DNA from: a virus
Strand: one strand, 5' to 3'
Virus record (IMG/VR): IMGVR_UViG_3300045119_000370
Span: 1 to 64,000 of that record
Length of the DNA stretch: 64,000 bases
Made by a program: the position numbers and the translations under genes. How positions within the stretch are numbered: position 1 is the first letter of the stretch; every line of letters begins with the position of its first letter. The notes below the pieces were generated by a model that worked only from the letters and a program-made list of their open reading frames with translations, was not told the origin of the DNA and ran no database searches. This document shows, in pieces, positions 9,701-18,524 of the stretch.

Positions 9701-11633
9701 CAACCGGATGATCAACGAGACGGTGCGAGTGATCGAGGGGCTGATCCCCAATCGCGCACTTTTGCGTCAGCTGGTCGAAGGGCTGCGCGTTCATGAAGGC
9801 ACGGTGGTCTACGAACTGCTGGCTCGTAATATCGGTGAGGGCGTGCGGGTCGTCGAGAACATCGTCCGCACCAATTTACTGACCCGCAACATCGGCGAGG
9901 TCGTGCGCTCGCTTGAATCGACCATGCGCTCGCTCGCCTTGTCGCGGTCAATTGTCGAGATCGAGAAGGTCATCGAAGCCGCTGAAGTGCCGTGGACGCC
10001 GGCCGCGCTCGGTGCAAACCTCCTCGCATGGCTGGACGCGTCCGACGCCGCCACGATCACGGTGACCGGCAGCGGTGTCTCACAGTGGAATGACAAGTCC
10101 AGCTTTGGCCGGCACGGTCGTCAGACCAATGATCCCAAGCGCCCGGCCTATGCGCCCGGCAAGGTCACGTTCAGCGGTCAGTTGGTCCTCGACATGGCGG
10201 CCTTTGTCGCCTACCCGATTGCCTACGATTATCTGGTCGTTGGCAAGCCCAACAATGGGACCACCCCGGGTTCGTCTGGATGGCGGGTGATCTTCCAGAC
10301 CGGTGCCGATCATTTCCCGCTGCTCGTCAACCCCAGCAATAACGTCGGTGTTTACCCCGCTGCCGGCTTGTACACTGACGCGAGCTTGATCTGGCCGTCA
10401 AACACACTGGGCATGGTCTATGCCCAGCTTTCGGATGTGTCCCCGGTTTCCATGTCACGTGATGGCGCTTCGCTGGTCAGCTTGGCCCCGTCGTTTGGGG
10501 AGACGGGGCGTGTAACCGAACTTGGCAATCGTGCCTCTGTCACGATGCCGTTCGGCGAGATCAACGAAGTGATCATGGTCCCTTACGGGGCTTCGCTCGA
10601 CACTCGCCAAAGGCTGGAAGGCTACGCTGCATGGAAGTGGGGTCTGCAAGCCAACCTGCCAGCCAATCATCCCTATAAGAACTGGCCGCCGACGACACTG
10701 GTGGCTGGTGGTGGTCCGTACTTCGTGCGCGCGCTCAACCGCATGATCGACGAGGTCATCCGGCTTAGCGAGGCCGTGGGCCTGACCGGCGCTCTCTATC
10801 GAGTGATCGATGAGCTTGAGAAGGTCGGGGAGACGTTCCTGTTCTCACGGCCGCTGGTCAGGCTGACCAACGAGACGGTACGCATTGCCGAGGCGCTCGG
10901 TTTCAATCGCGTACTGACCCGCGCAATCAATGAGACGATGCGCCTTACCGAGGTCACACTGAGATCGGCGGCGTTCACACGGATGGTCAACGAGACCGTT
11001 CGAGTGGTCGAGGTCATCGAGTACTCTGTCGCGAGAGTGCTCATCAAGATGGTCAACGAGACCGTCCAATTGGTCGAGTCGTTCGCGCAGGCGTTCACAC
11101 TCTTGCGTATCCACAACGAGGTCGTCGAGGAATCCGAGAACCGCATCCCGGCGCGCATCCGCGTGCAGCACTGGGACGAGGCAATCGAAGTGCCCGAGAG
11201 CGAACCGGAGGGTTATCGGACCCTGCTTAGGCTGCTCGACGAGCCGGTGACGACCGTCGAGACCACCGACTACGCACGCGAGCTTGCCCGCACGCGCGAG
11301 GAGGATGTGACAGTCCCCGAGGTCCAGACCATAGCAAGGTCGCTCTGGCGGATCGTCGACGAGTCGCTGTTCTTCAACGAACTGACCAACTTCTTCGCCG
11401 GCATCCCGTCTCTGGTCTGCTCGGCGCTGCGCATTTATGCTATCTTCGCTGGTGAGTGTGGAATCGCCCCGGTGCTCATGGGCACGACAATGATCGGACC
11501 CGAGGTCGAGGGCGGCCAGACGCAGATCGACCGGGTGCTCGACGCCGCGACGGGGATTGGTGTGGTGGTCGACGGACAGCCGGTCATCGGCCCGGAAGTC
11601 GAAGGAACACCGAAGATCGAGGAGTGCTGCTGA
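6714..11633 (+). CDS. Large repeat-containing fibre/adhesin with LamG/ConA-like domains
   Basis: 1639 aa; many R.(V/I)NETVR..E repeats; duplicated LLAWLDASD..LEGYAAWKWGL domains; a third VWLEAS lectin-like domain. Confidence 0.7.
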   Translation: MLGFRSLGTGSLAGDAGTITEGVGAAISVGTALAFSAMRVAAVASGAGGTSTALADGGLTYASLALSAGSSQALAQFHAPVLAVINETVQDIEILNSALTILRNLSESVQTAEGVVETRLIAQMIAEGLRLTELRAALRDTAISISETVRINDSRQLVRGLIQIVNEVKQTLESLARALGRVQIFNETISTSETSDKARLLARMINEVKRTVESFSLSRFVNRMVNEYESVVAPGNWTPANLDGSVLLAWLDASDVSTLTLTGSNGVSKWNDKSGHTRHARQPQDSSRPIYSPGKITFSGMHNLELTAFTAYPLTYDCLLVGTPNDGSGPYAGGYSIALQSWTDHFPLLIDATRNIGVLVTSFITGPGLGWATNTHGMVYATMSDTQPVAMARDGNSLVTLMPSLGENPQAATLGSRWDAQATFGEINEVIFVPYGSPLALRQRLEGYAAWKWGLVANLPVDHPYKSAAPSGGSGGDPIVVRDRSVMLAEALHINDIVTSGLLALNRSVSDTLRLTEVTNRTNLLTRAVNETIRNTEVIVRSLAKDVTMVINETVRAVEVRLSFIVPEITRVINEFLYPNEGGALPGLPEPPAPPSAPASRLTLSYTPGADRNDFTGEVGVRVNIGLTDFPVNRLGYRCNTGNTGTRTLTLYEWFSDTVVATATVDLTGVAAGDYVWVNIPTVTLVHGGYYALLSNVTAYDGQNWKNPGPITMHPYINNIYGAYRVPAGALATTASNESFIGLDLGWTAPGVVTQPPVTSGLNVWLEASQLGLADGAIVYTWPNFVWGPTPVMETGLVPATLKANASNGRGVIRFSGGNASHLHGLTDATHDFTMIYVVRRWGGIVGRGFSTQYPPTNILVGFHSSAQDIAYDGGWLNAPTNWGDTGSLPAAWKLYGLDGASPASSTFRINGVAVGGNPTSSQGLGGGYVLSGYRGDNQIDETMDCDVAELLIFTRQLSDAERISVENYLRTKWITPAAARSGDSGGGSIITVEVINRMINETVRVIEGLIPNRALLRQLVEGLRVHEGTVVYELLARNIGEGVRVVENIVRTNLLTRNIGEVVRSLESTMRSLALSRSIVEIEKVIEAAEVPWTPAALGANLLAWLDASDAATITVTGSGVSQWNDKSSFGRHGRQTNDPKRPAYAPGKVTFSGQLVLDMAAFVAYPIAYDYLVVGKPNNGTTPGSSGWRVIFQTGADHFPLLVNPSNNVGVYPAAGLYTDASLIWPSNTLGMVYAQLSDVSPVSMSRDGASLVSLAPSFGETGRVTELGNRASVTMPFGEINEVIMVPYGASLDTRQRLEGYAAWKWGLQANLPANHPYKNWPPTTLVAGGGPYFVRALNRMIDEVIRLSEAVGLTGALYRVIDELEKVGETFLFSRPLVRLTNETVRIAEALGFNRVLTRAINETMRLTEVTLRSAAFTRMVNETVRVVEVIEYSVARVLIKMVNETVQLVESFAQAFTLLRIHNEVVEESENRIPARIRVQHWDEAIEVPESEPEGYRTLLRLLDEPVTTVETTDYARELARTREEDVTVPEVQTIARSLWRIVDESLFFNELTNFFAGIPSLVCSALRIYAIFAGECGIAPVLMGTTMIGPEVEGGQTQIDRVLDAATGIGVVVDGQPVIGPEVEGTPKIEECC

Positions 11634-11971
11634 TGCCGGCTTTCGTGCTCAATACTAACGCACTGGACCTGCTTGGTCTGAAGTCACATACCGAGGGCGT
11701 GTTCCTCGACGATGCAACGGTCACTTTCACCATTCAGGACAAGTCTGGAGTCGAGGCTGGTGGCGTGACTTGGCCACAGGTCATGACCTACGTCGATGGT
11801 AGCCAAGGTGACTACCAAGGGATCGTGCCGGCAGCGACGGAACTTGCCGCCGGCAAGCAGTACTACGCCATCATCGACGCCCAAGGCGGCGGCGAGCGTC
11901 TCGGTCACTGGGAGATGCCGTTCAAGCCGGTGACGCGCACTGGTTTGCCGGAAGGCACGACCAACGCATAG
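11633..11971 (+). CDS. Small beta-rich (Ig/BppU-like) virion protein
   Basis: TGATG coupling; LDDATVTFTIQD..GDYQG..GKQYY pattern. Confidence 0.5.
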   Translation: MPAFVLNTNALDLLGLKSHTEGVFLDDATVTFTIQDKSGVEAGGVTWPQVMTYVDGSQGDYQGIVPAATELAAGKQYYAIIDAQGGGERLGHWEMPFKPVTRTGLPEGTTNA

Positions 11972-11980
11972 GAGATCGTC

Positions 11981-12130
11981 ATGTCGATCACTCTCGCAGT
12001 CGCACTGGCGTTCGTCATCGTCTCGGTCATTGTGGCAGCGATCTTCAACGCTTGGACCGCCCCACTCGTCTGGATCGGTTGGGCTTTTGCGGTGGTCTTC
12101 ATCGTTGGCCCGGCCATCGGCAATCGGTAA
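11981..12130 (+). CDS. 49-aa two-TM membrane protein (holin-like candidate)
   Basis: AGGAG RBS; MSITLAVALAFVIVSVIVAAIFNAWTAPLVWIGWAFAVVFIVGPAIGNR; not in the ORF track. Confidence 0.6.
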   Translation: MSITLAVALAFVIVSVIVAAIFNAWTAPLVWIGWAFAVVFIVGPAIGNR

Positions 12131-12140
12131 GGAGATCACT

Positions 12141-12722
12141 ATGGCCTTGAACTACGATTATCCCATCGTCTCGCTCGACACCGACAACCCGGTTTTCGCC
12201 GACGTCGAAATGGCCGACGCTTATCTGAGCGGGGCCTATCATGCCGACAATTGGCGCACGCTTGACGACGACAGCAAGGGTCGTGCGCTGGTCACCGCGA
12301 CGCGCACACTCGACCGGCAGGAATGGTTGGGCGTCAAGACCGACGATCTCAATGAACTCGACTGGCCACGCAAGGACACTGGTGTGATCGGCGTCGATCC
12401 AGACCTAATCCCGGTCGACATCCAGAACGCCACCATCGAACTGGCACTGTCGCTGACGCAGGGGTCCGACGTCCAGAACTACCAGTCGGCCAACGGCAAC
12501 ATCCAGACCCTGCGCGCCGGCTCGGCCTCGATCACCTACTTCCGGGGCGGCGGCAACGGTGGCACGCCGACGCGCTTCCCGCAGATCGTTTGGGAGCTTG
12601 TTGAGCCGTATCTGTCCGGCGGCGCTGGCTCGGCCAACGTCGGACTGGCACCGTCGCAGTCGGCCGGCACCCAGCTGGAGAGCGTCACCGGCAAGGACTT
12701 CGGTTACACACAGGGGCTTTGA
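12141..12722 (+). CDS. Head-tail adaptor (DnaT-like phage family)
   Basis: AAGGAG RBS; ADAY..W..K.RALV.ATR.LD..W.G.K..L.WPR..IP.DI.NA..ELA. Confidence 0.8.
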   Translation: MALNYDYPIVSLDTDNPVFADVEMADAYLSGAYHADNWRTLDDDSKGRALVTATRTLDRQEWLGVKTDDLNELDWPRKDTGVIGVDPDLIPVDIQNATIELALSLTQGSDVQNYQSANGNIQTLRAGSASITYFRGGGNGGTPTRFPQIVWELVEPYLSGGAGSANVGLAPSQSAGTQLESVTGKDFGYTQGL

Positions 12723-12934
12723 GTATGGTGATGCTTGCAGATTTGCATGTTGCCACTGTCGCCATGATCGGCAAGCTGACCGAGGAACTGAAGGCCGAGC
12801 GCGCTAAGGAGCAGGCCGCCATCGATGAGGCGGTGCGCACCAAGCTCTACATCGGCGACAAATACTGGGAACGCCGGCATATGATCGAGCAGCGCCTGCG
12901 CGCCGCCCGCAATCTCTTGTCAATAACGGAGTAG
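12719..12934 (+). CDS. Hypothetical protein
   Basis: Fills the operon gap; coiled-coil-like; start uncertain. Confidence 0.45.
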   Translation: MSMVMLADLHVATVAMIGKLTEELKAERAKEQAAIDEAVRTKLYIGDKYWERRHMIEQRLRAARNLLSITE

Positions 12935-12937
12935 CTC

Positions 12938-13735
12938 GTGAGTGAAGTCATCCGCATTTTCGTTGGTTGTGCCGCCAACGACGAAGACCTCGAATCGCAG
13001 GCGGTACTGGAATACACACTGAGGAAGCACGCCAGCCTGCCCATCGAAATCACGTGGATGCAACAGAGCCACGACCCGGACAGCTGGTTCTATGTCGGCC
13101 CCGGCGGTTGGGCGACAAATCTCTGGGCGACGCCGTTCAGTGGCTTCCGTTGGATCATCCCGTACATGGCGCAAGCCGAGGGCCGCGACCGCGCCATCTA
13201 CATGGACTCGGACTTCATCGTGCTCGGTGACATCGCCGATCTGTGGCGTACTGAGTTCGAACCCGGCAGGGCAGTAGTGGCACGCGGTGATGGTCGCTAT
13301 TGCTGCTCGTTGTGGAACGTGTCCGAGGCGCTCGGACATCTGCCGTCCTACCCGGGGCTACGCGTCGAGCCAGTCATGCATTCGAGCATGACCAATAAGT
13401 ACGCCAAGCACCCCGAATGGATTCAGAAGTTCGCGGCCGGCAATCACTGGAACTGGCTCGACCACGAGAGCGTCCCGCTCAGCAAGGTGCAGGATCGTGG
13501 GATCAAAGCGATCCACTACACGCGAATCGAGATGCAGCTTCAGATCAAGCATGCCAAGAAGCGGCTGGCCAAGCTCGCTCGCAAACACTGGTACACTGGC
13601 AAAGCGGTGGAAAACGACTGGCCGGGTTTGCAGGCTTTGTTCGACGACCTGCTTGTCGAAGCCGAGGGTGCCGGCTTCCCGCCGGAACGCTATGCGGTGG
13701 CTTCTCACTTTGGTGATTATAAGATAAGAAGGTGA
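12938..13735 (+). CDS. GT-A glycosyltransferase (GT8-like)
   Basis: IRIFVG, WATPFSGFRW, YMDSD (DxD), DIADLW, IHYT. Confidence 0.8.
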   Translation: MSEVIRIFVGCAANDEDLESQAVLEYTLRKHASLPIEITWMQQSHDPDSWFYVGPGGWATNLWATPFSGFRWIIPYMAQAEGRDRAIYMDSDFIVLGDIADLWRTEFEPGRAVVARGDGRYCCSLWNVSEALGHLPSYPGLRVEPVMHSSMTNKYAKHPEWIQKFAAGNHWNWLDHESVPLSKVQDRGIKAIHYTRIEMQLQIKHAKKRLAKLARKHWYTGKAVENDWPGLQALFDDLLVEAEGAGFPPERYAVASHFGDYKIRR

Positions 13736-13764
13736 TCGCACCTTCCCCATGGGGGTGCCGATCT

Positions 13765-13806
13765 GGGCGGGAGGGCAACTGGGAGATTGCTCTTCCGCCC
13801 TTTTTT
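13765..13806 (+). terminator. Rho-independent terminator
   Basis: GGGCGGGAGGGCAA..TTGCTCTTCCGCCC stem followed by T6. Confidence 0.65.
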
Positions 13807-13822
13807 GAGAGGGAGAGGTTCA

Positions 13823-14506
13823 ATGAACGAGTTGAACGAGAAAGTGCGCAGCCTGCCGGTGCCCGTGCGCATGCGCAATCGGCCAGTCGCCAAGAACGGC
13901 TTTCCGGTGCCATGGTTCGTCGAGCACAAGGACGAGACCGGCGAGTGGGACTTCCGCGTCACCCGACCGGAGCGCTACATCGAGGCCCACAACAAGCAGC
14001 TGTGTTGGGTCTGTGGTCAGCCGCTCGGACGTTTCCGCACCTTCTGCATCGGGCCGATGTGCGCGGTCAACCGGGTGACCAGCGAGCCGCCGACACACCG
14101 TGAATGCGCCGAATGGTCAGTACGGGTTTGCCCCTTCTTGTCGCAGCCACGTATGCGTCGCAATCATTCTGAACTGCCCGAGGGCGCGGGCGATGGTACG
14201 CCCGGCATCATGATCGACCGGAACCCCGGTGTGGTCATGCTGTGGCATAGCGAGCGCGGCTCTTACCGTCCGATGAAGGTACGGAACGGCTTCCTGTTCA
14301 GTCTGCAAGAAGACCCGCTGGAAGCAGAATGGTACCGTGCCGGTCAGCCAGCCAAGCGCGCCGAGGTGATGGAGTCGGTCGAGAGCGGTCTGCCCAAGCT
14401 CTGGGAGATGGTCGATCTCGAACGGGACAAGGAGTTGGCCGCCAAGGATTTGGAGAAGCAGATCGCCAAGGCGCATGCACTGTTCTTCGACCGGATTGCT
14501 GCCTGA
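13823..14506 (+). CDS. Conserved Cys-rich hypothetical phage protein
   Basis: GFPVPWFV, CWVCG, EPPTHREC..VCPFL (probable Zn ligands); GGGAGAGG RBS. Confidence 0.7.
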   Translation: MNELNEKVRSLPVPVRMRNRPVAKNGFPVPWFVEHKDETGEWDFRVTRPERYIEAHNKQLCWVCGQPLGRFRTFCIGPMCAVNRVTSEPPTHRECAEWSVRVCPFLSQPRMRRNHSELPEGAGDGTPGIMIDRNPGVVMLWHSERGSYRPMKVRNGFLFSLQEDPLEAEWYRAGQPAKRAEVMESVESGLPKLWEMVDLERDKELAAKDLEKQIAKAHALFFDRIAA

Positions 14507-14874
14507 TGGGCGAGCACAAGCGCAAGGGCAGGGACGAAGACATCCGCAAGCTGGTCGATGCGACCACGCGCATGTTCACTGAGCAGGGTCGGCTGATCGA
14601 AGCCGGTTATCGTGCCATGGTCGTCCTGCTTTACCCTGATGGCTCACCCGGCCCGGCCCACCCAGAGCAGTTACGCGAAGCCTTCTTCGCAGGCGCTCAG
14701 CATCTGTTCGGCTCGTTGACCGCGTCGGTGCTCGACGAGGATCGCGAGCCGACCGAGGCCGACCTGCGACGCATGGACTTGATCGATTCGGAGTTGAAGG
14801 TGTTCCTCGCCGGGTTCGCCATTCGCCATGGCTTCGAACTGCCCGAGGCGGCCAAGCCGGGGAGACGTCAGTAA
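14506..14874 (+). CDS. Hypothetical protein
   Basis: TGATG coupling; REAFFAGAQHLF motif. Confidence 0.6.
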   Translation: MGEHKRKGRDEDIRKLVDATTRMFTEQGRLIEAGYRAMVVLLYPDGSPGPAHPEQLREAFFAGAQHLFGSLTASVLDEDREPTEADLRRMDLIDSELKVFLAGFAIRHGFELPEAAKPGRRQ

Positions 14875-14875
14875 A

Positions 14876-15628
14876 ATGCTCACCGTCGTCAGTACGGCCA
14901 GTAAGGTAGGTTTGGTGACCTATGGCGAGCGTTTCCTCGACACGTTCACCAAATATTGGCCTTATGAGAGGCTGGTCTTCTACACTGATGGTTACAAGTA
15001 CGTTTCGGAGCGCATCGAGTTCCGTGATCTCAGCGAAGCGAGATGGCTCACTCGTTTCAAGCAGGATCACGCCAGAAACCCACATGCCAATGGTAGTGGT
15101 GGCTACCGGTGGGACGCCATCCGTTTTGCTCACAAAGTTGCTGCCATTATCGCGGCCGACCAGTTGTGCGCTGACGATCATTTGTTATGGCTCGACGCCG
15201 ACATCGTTACGCACAACCCGGTCGACGAGAAGGCGATCAAATCATGGTTGCCCGATCCGGCGTGGCTGAGTTGGCTCGGTCGCGACAAGAGCGTTATCGG
15301 TTGGCCCGAGTGTGGTTTCCTGTTGTTCAATCGCAACCATCCGCTCCACCGCATGGCAATGATGACGATGTACGACGCGTATTCGTCGGGGCGTGTGCTC
15401 GGTTTGCCAGAGACACACGACAGCTATGTGTGGCAGTGGCTGGTCGAGAACTTGAGCTTGTCAGTGCGCGACCTGTCTGGCCCCGGTTTCATGACCATGC
15501 ATCCACTGATCAATTCGCCTCTCGGCCACTGGTTCGATCATCTCAAGGGCAGTCGTAAGCTGGCCGGGCATTCCTATCCGAGCGATCTCGCCGTCAAGCG
15601 CGACGAGCCATACTGGAGCAGGATATGA
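14876..15628 (+). CDS. GT-A glycosyltransferase
   Basis: RFAHKV, WLDAD (DxD), ECGF, HDSYVW, DHLKG.RK. Confidence 0.8.
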   Translation: MLTVVSTASKVGLVTYGERFLDTFTKYWPYERLVFYTDGYKYVSERIEFRDLSEARWLTRFKQDHARNPHANGSGGYRWDAIRFAHKVAAIIAADQLCADDHLLWLDADIVTHNPVDEKAIKSWLPDPAWLSWLGRDKSVIGWPECGFLLFNRNHPLHRMAMMTMYDAYSSGRVLGLPETHDSYVWQWLVENLSLSVRDLSGPGFMTMHPLINSPLGHWFDHLKGSRKLAGHSYPSDLAVKRDEPYWSRI

Positions 15629-16443
15629 CCGACCCGATTCGCATCTTTGTCGGCTGCGCGGCGAACAACGAGGATTTGGAATCCCAAGCCGTCCTCGATT
15701 ACACACTGCACAAGCACACTATGCGGCCGCTCGACATCGAATGGATGATGCAGAGCCGCGACCCGAAGAGCTTCTGGCATGGTTGGAACACGGCGACGTG
15801 GGCGACGCCGTTCTCAGGCTTCCGCTGGGGCGTGCCGGCGCGCTGCAACTTCGAAGGCAAGGCGATTTACCTCGACAGCGACATGATCGTCATGGACGAC
15901 ATCGGCAAGCTGTGGGACACGCCGCTGATCGACAAGCACGTGGTCATCGCCAAGGCGGCCAACAATCGCTTCTGCACCACCGTGTTCGATTGCGCCAAGG
16001 TCAAGCCGTACATGTTCTCAATCGGGGAACTGAAGACGCAGCAGGGCATCCATCGTCGACAACGTGAGCGCCTGTCGAAACCCGGACTGGTCCAGCCGTT
16101 CCCGCGAGGCGAGAACTGGAATTGCATCGATGGCGAGACCTACGTCGATATCGCCACCGACGTCATCAAAATCCACCATTACAGCGCCATCGATTGCCAG
16201 CCGCAGCTGCGCTATGCACTGCCACGTCTCGCCGAGAAAGGTCAGGCGCACTGGTTTAAGGGAACTATCAAGCCGCACTGGCGGCAGGACTTGGTGACGT
16301 TGTTCGACATGACCCTGCGACAAGCCATCGACGCCAACTACCACCCCGAGAACTACACGCACAAGCCGTTCGGCGATTACACTGCCGGCGGCTCGGAGGG
16401 CGGCGTTTTCAAGACTGGTCGTCCAGCCAAGCTGGGCGTCTGA
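15625..16443 (+). CDS. GT-A glycosyltransferase, paralog of 12938-13735
   Basis: IRIFVGCAANNEDLESQAVL, WATPFSGFRW, YLDSD. Confidence 0.8.
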   Translation: MTDPIRIFVGCAANNEDLESQAVLDYTLHKHTMRPLDIEWMMQSRDPKSFWHGWNTATWATPFSGFRWGVPARCNFEGKAIYLDSDMIVMDDIGKLWDTPLIDKHVVIAKAANNRFCTTVFDCAKVKPYMFSIGELKTQQGIHRRQRERLSKPGLVQPFPRGENWNCIDGETYVDIATDVIKIHHYSAIDCQPQLRYALPRLAEKGQAHWFKGTIKPHWRQDLVTLFDMTLRQAIDANYHPENYTHKPFGDYTAGGSEGGVFKTGRPAKLGV

Positions 16444-17021
16444 TGGTCACCCTCGACGATTTGGCCTCGCCGGGCTACCGCGCGCAGCTGCGCGAGATGG
16501 CCGAGAAGGGTGCATGGTCGGGTGGCGGTGCTGCCTATGCCGAGGAGGTCGCCAAGCTTTGTCGCAAGTGTGAGGCGACCAGCCTCCTCGACTACGGTTG
16601 CGGCTTCGTCGACATGGCGTCCGAGCTAAGCCAGATCAAAGCCCCCTTTCGCCCACCGCTCATGGTCGAGTATTTCGACCCCGGCATTCCCGGCTGCGAT
16701 CAGCTGCCCGAGCCGGCCGACGTGGTCATGTGCGTTGACGTATTGGAGCACGTCGAGCCGGACAAGGTGCAAACAGTGTTGCGCCACATCCACTCGCTGA
16801 CCATCAAGTGCGCGCTGCTGGTGATCGCGGTGCGCCCGGCCGACAAGCGTCTGCCCGACGGTCGCAACGCACATCTGACCATCGACAATTCCGGCTGGTG
16901 GTTTCACCAGCTGCGCGCGCTCGGCGGCTGGAAGGGCAAGATCATCGAGAACGACGACCGTCATGGTCTGCACATGTGGCTGCGCAAGATCGCCACCACG
17001 ACGACGAGGACACTCGATTGA
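16443..17021 (+). CDS. Class I SAM-dependent methyltransferase
   Basis: LLDYGCG motif I, DVVMCVDVLEHV, DGRNAHL. Confidence 0.85.
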   Translation: MVTLDDLASPGYRAQLREMAEKGAWSGGGAAYAEEVAKLCRKCEATSLLDYGCGFVDMASELSQIKAPFRPPLMVEYFDPGIPGCDQLPEPADVVMCVDVLEHVEPDKVQTVLRHIHSLTIKCALLVIAVRPADKRLPDGRNAHLTIDNSGWWFHQLRALGGWKGKIIENDDRHGLHMWLRKIATTTTRTLD

Positions 17022-17593
17022 AGCACGGCTGGTTCGAGATCGATGGCTTGCAGACCGGCGAGCACAAGCTGGAGACTCGTCTGCACGGGCTGCGCCTGTT
17101 GGCGTCCCACGTCAAGGACAAGACCATCCTCGATCTCGGCTGTGCCGAGGGCTTGATCAGTTCGTGGCTCTACGATCAGGGTCCGGCGCGCTGGGTGGAT
17201 GGTGTCGAGAAGCATCCGCCCTATCTGGCGCAGGCGCGCGCGATGCACGCCGGCAGTCCGGCCTTCCGCTTCTTCCAGTGCGACGTCAACGATCAGGAGT
17301 TCGACGATCTGATCCTGACCAAGCTGTTGCCGGCCTACGATATCGTTCTGTGCCTGTGTCTGGCACACAAGCTGAAGCGGCCGCGCGACTTCTTGCTCAA
17401 GGCGGCGCGGCTGTGCAATCGTTTCTTCGCGCTGCACCTGCCCTACGACATCATCGACGACGTCCGCTCGAATCATGTCAAGGTCGATCCGACCAAGGAG
17501 ATATTCGAGCCGCTTGGTTTCAAGTGTATCGTGCACGTGGTCGATCCGACGCCGGCAGCGCCACTGTCGCGGCGGATTTACGAGAGAGGCTGA
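17018..17593 (+). CDS. Class I SAM-dependent methyltransferase
   Basis: TTGA overlap start; ILDLGCAEG, VDGVE, YDIVLCL. Confidence 0.8.
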   Translation: MKHGWFEIDGLQTGEHKLETRLHGLRLLASHVKDKTILDLGCAEGLISSWLYDQGPARWVDGVEKHPPYLAQARAMHAGSPAFRFFQCDVNDQEFDDLILTKLLPAYDIVLCLCLAHKLKRPRDFLLKAARLCNRFFALHLPYDIIDDVRSNHVKVDPTKEIFEPLGFKCIVHVVDPTPAAPLSRRIYERG

Positions 17594-17595
17594 TC

Positions 17596-17805
17596 ATGGG
17601 CGAGAAGCGAAAAACACTTGTCATCGTCTGCCGCGACGAGGAGGGCAGTCTCGAAGATTTACTTACCTACATCAAAAAGACCGCCGGCATAGGTCACAGC
17701 TTCGTCGTTCACGTCGACCCGGAAGATCGCGAGTTCAGTAAGCGTTTCACCATCGACGGTGACGGTGCCGACAAGATTTACAGCATAACCAGAACCGAGG
17801 GGTGA
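17596..17805 (+). CDS. Hypothetical protein
   Basis: GAGG RBS; GHSF.V.VDP..F.IDGDG.DKI. Confidence 0.55.
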   Translation: MGEKRKTLVIVCRDEEGSLEDLLTYIKKTAGIGHSFVVHVDPEDREFSKRFTIDGDGADKIYSITRTEG

Positions 17806-18524
17806 CCGTGCTCAATCCGTTCATGGCGCGCTGCGTCAAGCGACTGGTCGATGGTGGCCTAATCGGCCGCGTCATCGAGTTCGGCAATCAGCGCTATGGT
17901 GCCAAGGGCGTCGTCAAGGGCACCGAGAAGGCGACTACTACCGAGCAGTTTTACAGGGCGCTGGGCTTCACCGAGTACGTGGCGATTGACGTTAACAATA
18001 ACATGGGCGCGGTGATCGCCGACCTCAACGAGCCAATCAGCAGCCATATCATTGGTAAGTACGATTTGGTTACCAATAACGGCACTGGCGAACATTTATT
18101 CGATCAGTGCATGGTGTTCACGAACGCGCACGACCTGTGCAAGCTTGCCGGCGTCATGCTGCACGTGCTGCCGTTCTCGCCATGGATCAATCATGGCTTC
18201 TACAGCTACAATCCGATTTTGTTCCGCGATCTCGCGGCCGCCAACGGCTACCGCATCATGTTCATCTCCATCGATCACCGCAACGGTGGCAACAACGACG
18301 TGCTGGGCAACGCCGAGCCGTGGCTGTACCAAGAGAAGAACCCGGAGGGTCTCATCGCCTTCATGAACAAGAAACGGGCGAAGGCCCCGACCCCTGACCT
18401 GCTTCTTGGCGTCGCTTTGCAGAAGCAGTCGGCCGACCCGTTCCGCAAGCCGCTGCAAGGCAAATACCAGACCGACGTGGCGAGCGTCGCCTTGCGCGAC
18501 AAGTACCGACCGGTGACACCATGA
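17802..18524 (+). CDS. Methyltransferase-fold protein
   Basis: VIEFGNQ, YVAID, ADLN, YDLVTNNGTGEHLFDQ, NHGFY. Confidence 0.7.
   Translation: MTVLNPFMARCVKRLVDGGLIGRVIEFGNQRYGAKGVVKGTEKATTTEQFYRALGFTEYVAIDVNNNMGAVIADLNEPISSHIIGKYDLVTNNGTGEHLFDQCMVFTNAHDLCKLAGVMLHVLPFSPWINHGFYSYNPILFRDLAAANGYRIMFISIDHRNGGNNDVLGNAEPWLYQEKNPEGLIAFMNKKRAKAPTPDLLLGVALQKQSADPFRKPLQGKYQTDVASVALRDKYRPVTP

Noticed and set aside
3395-11633. Diversity-generating retroelement behind the duplicated fibre segments
   Set aside because: No reverse transcriptase; copies are in-frame protein duplications diverged at all bases, not adenine-specific
12141-12722. Replication role for the DnaT-like gene
   Set aside because: In phages this family sits among structural genes and fits a head-tail adaptor; no replication genes are nearby
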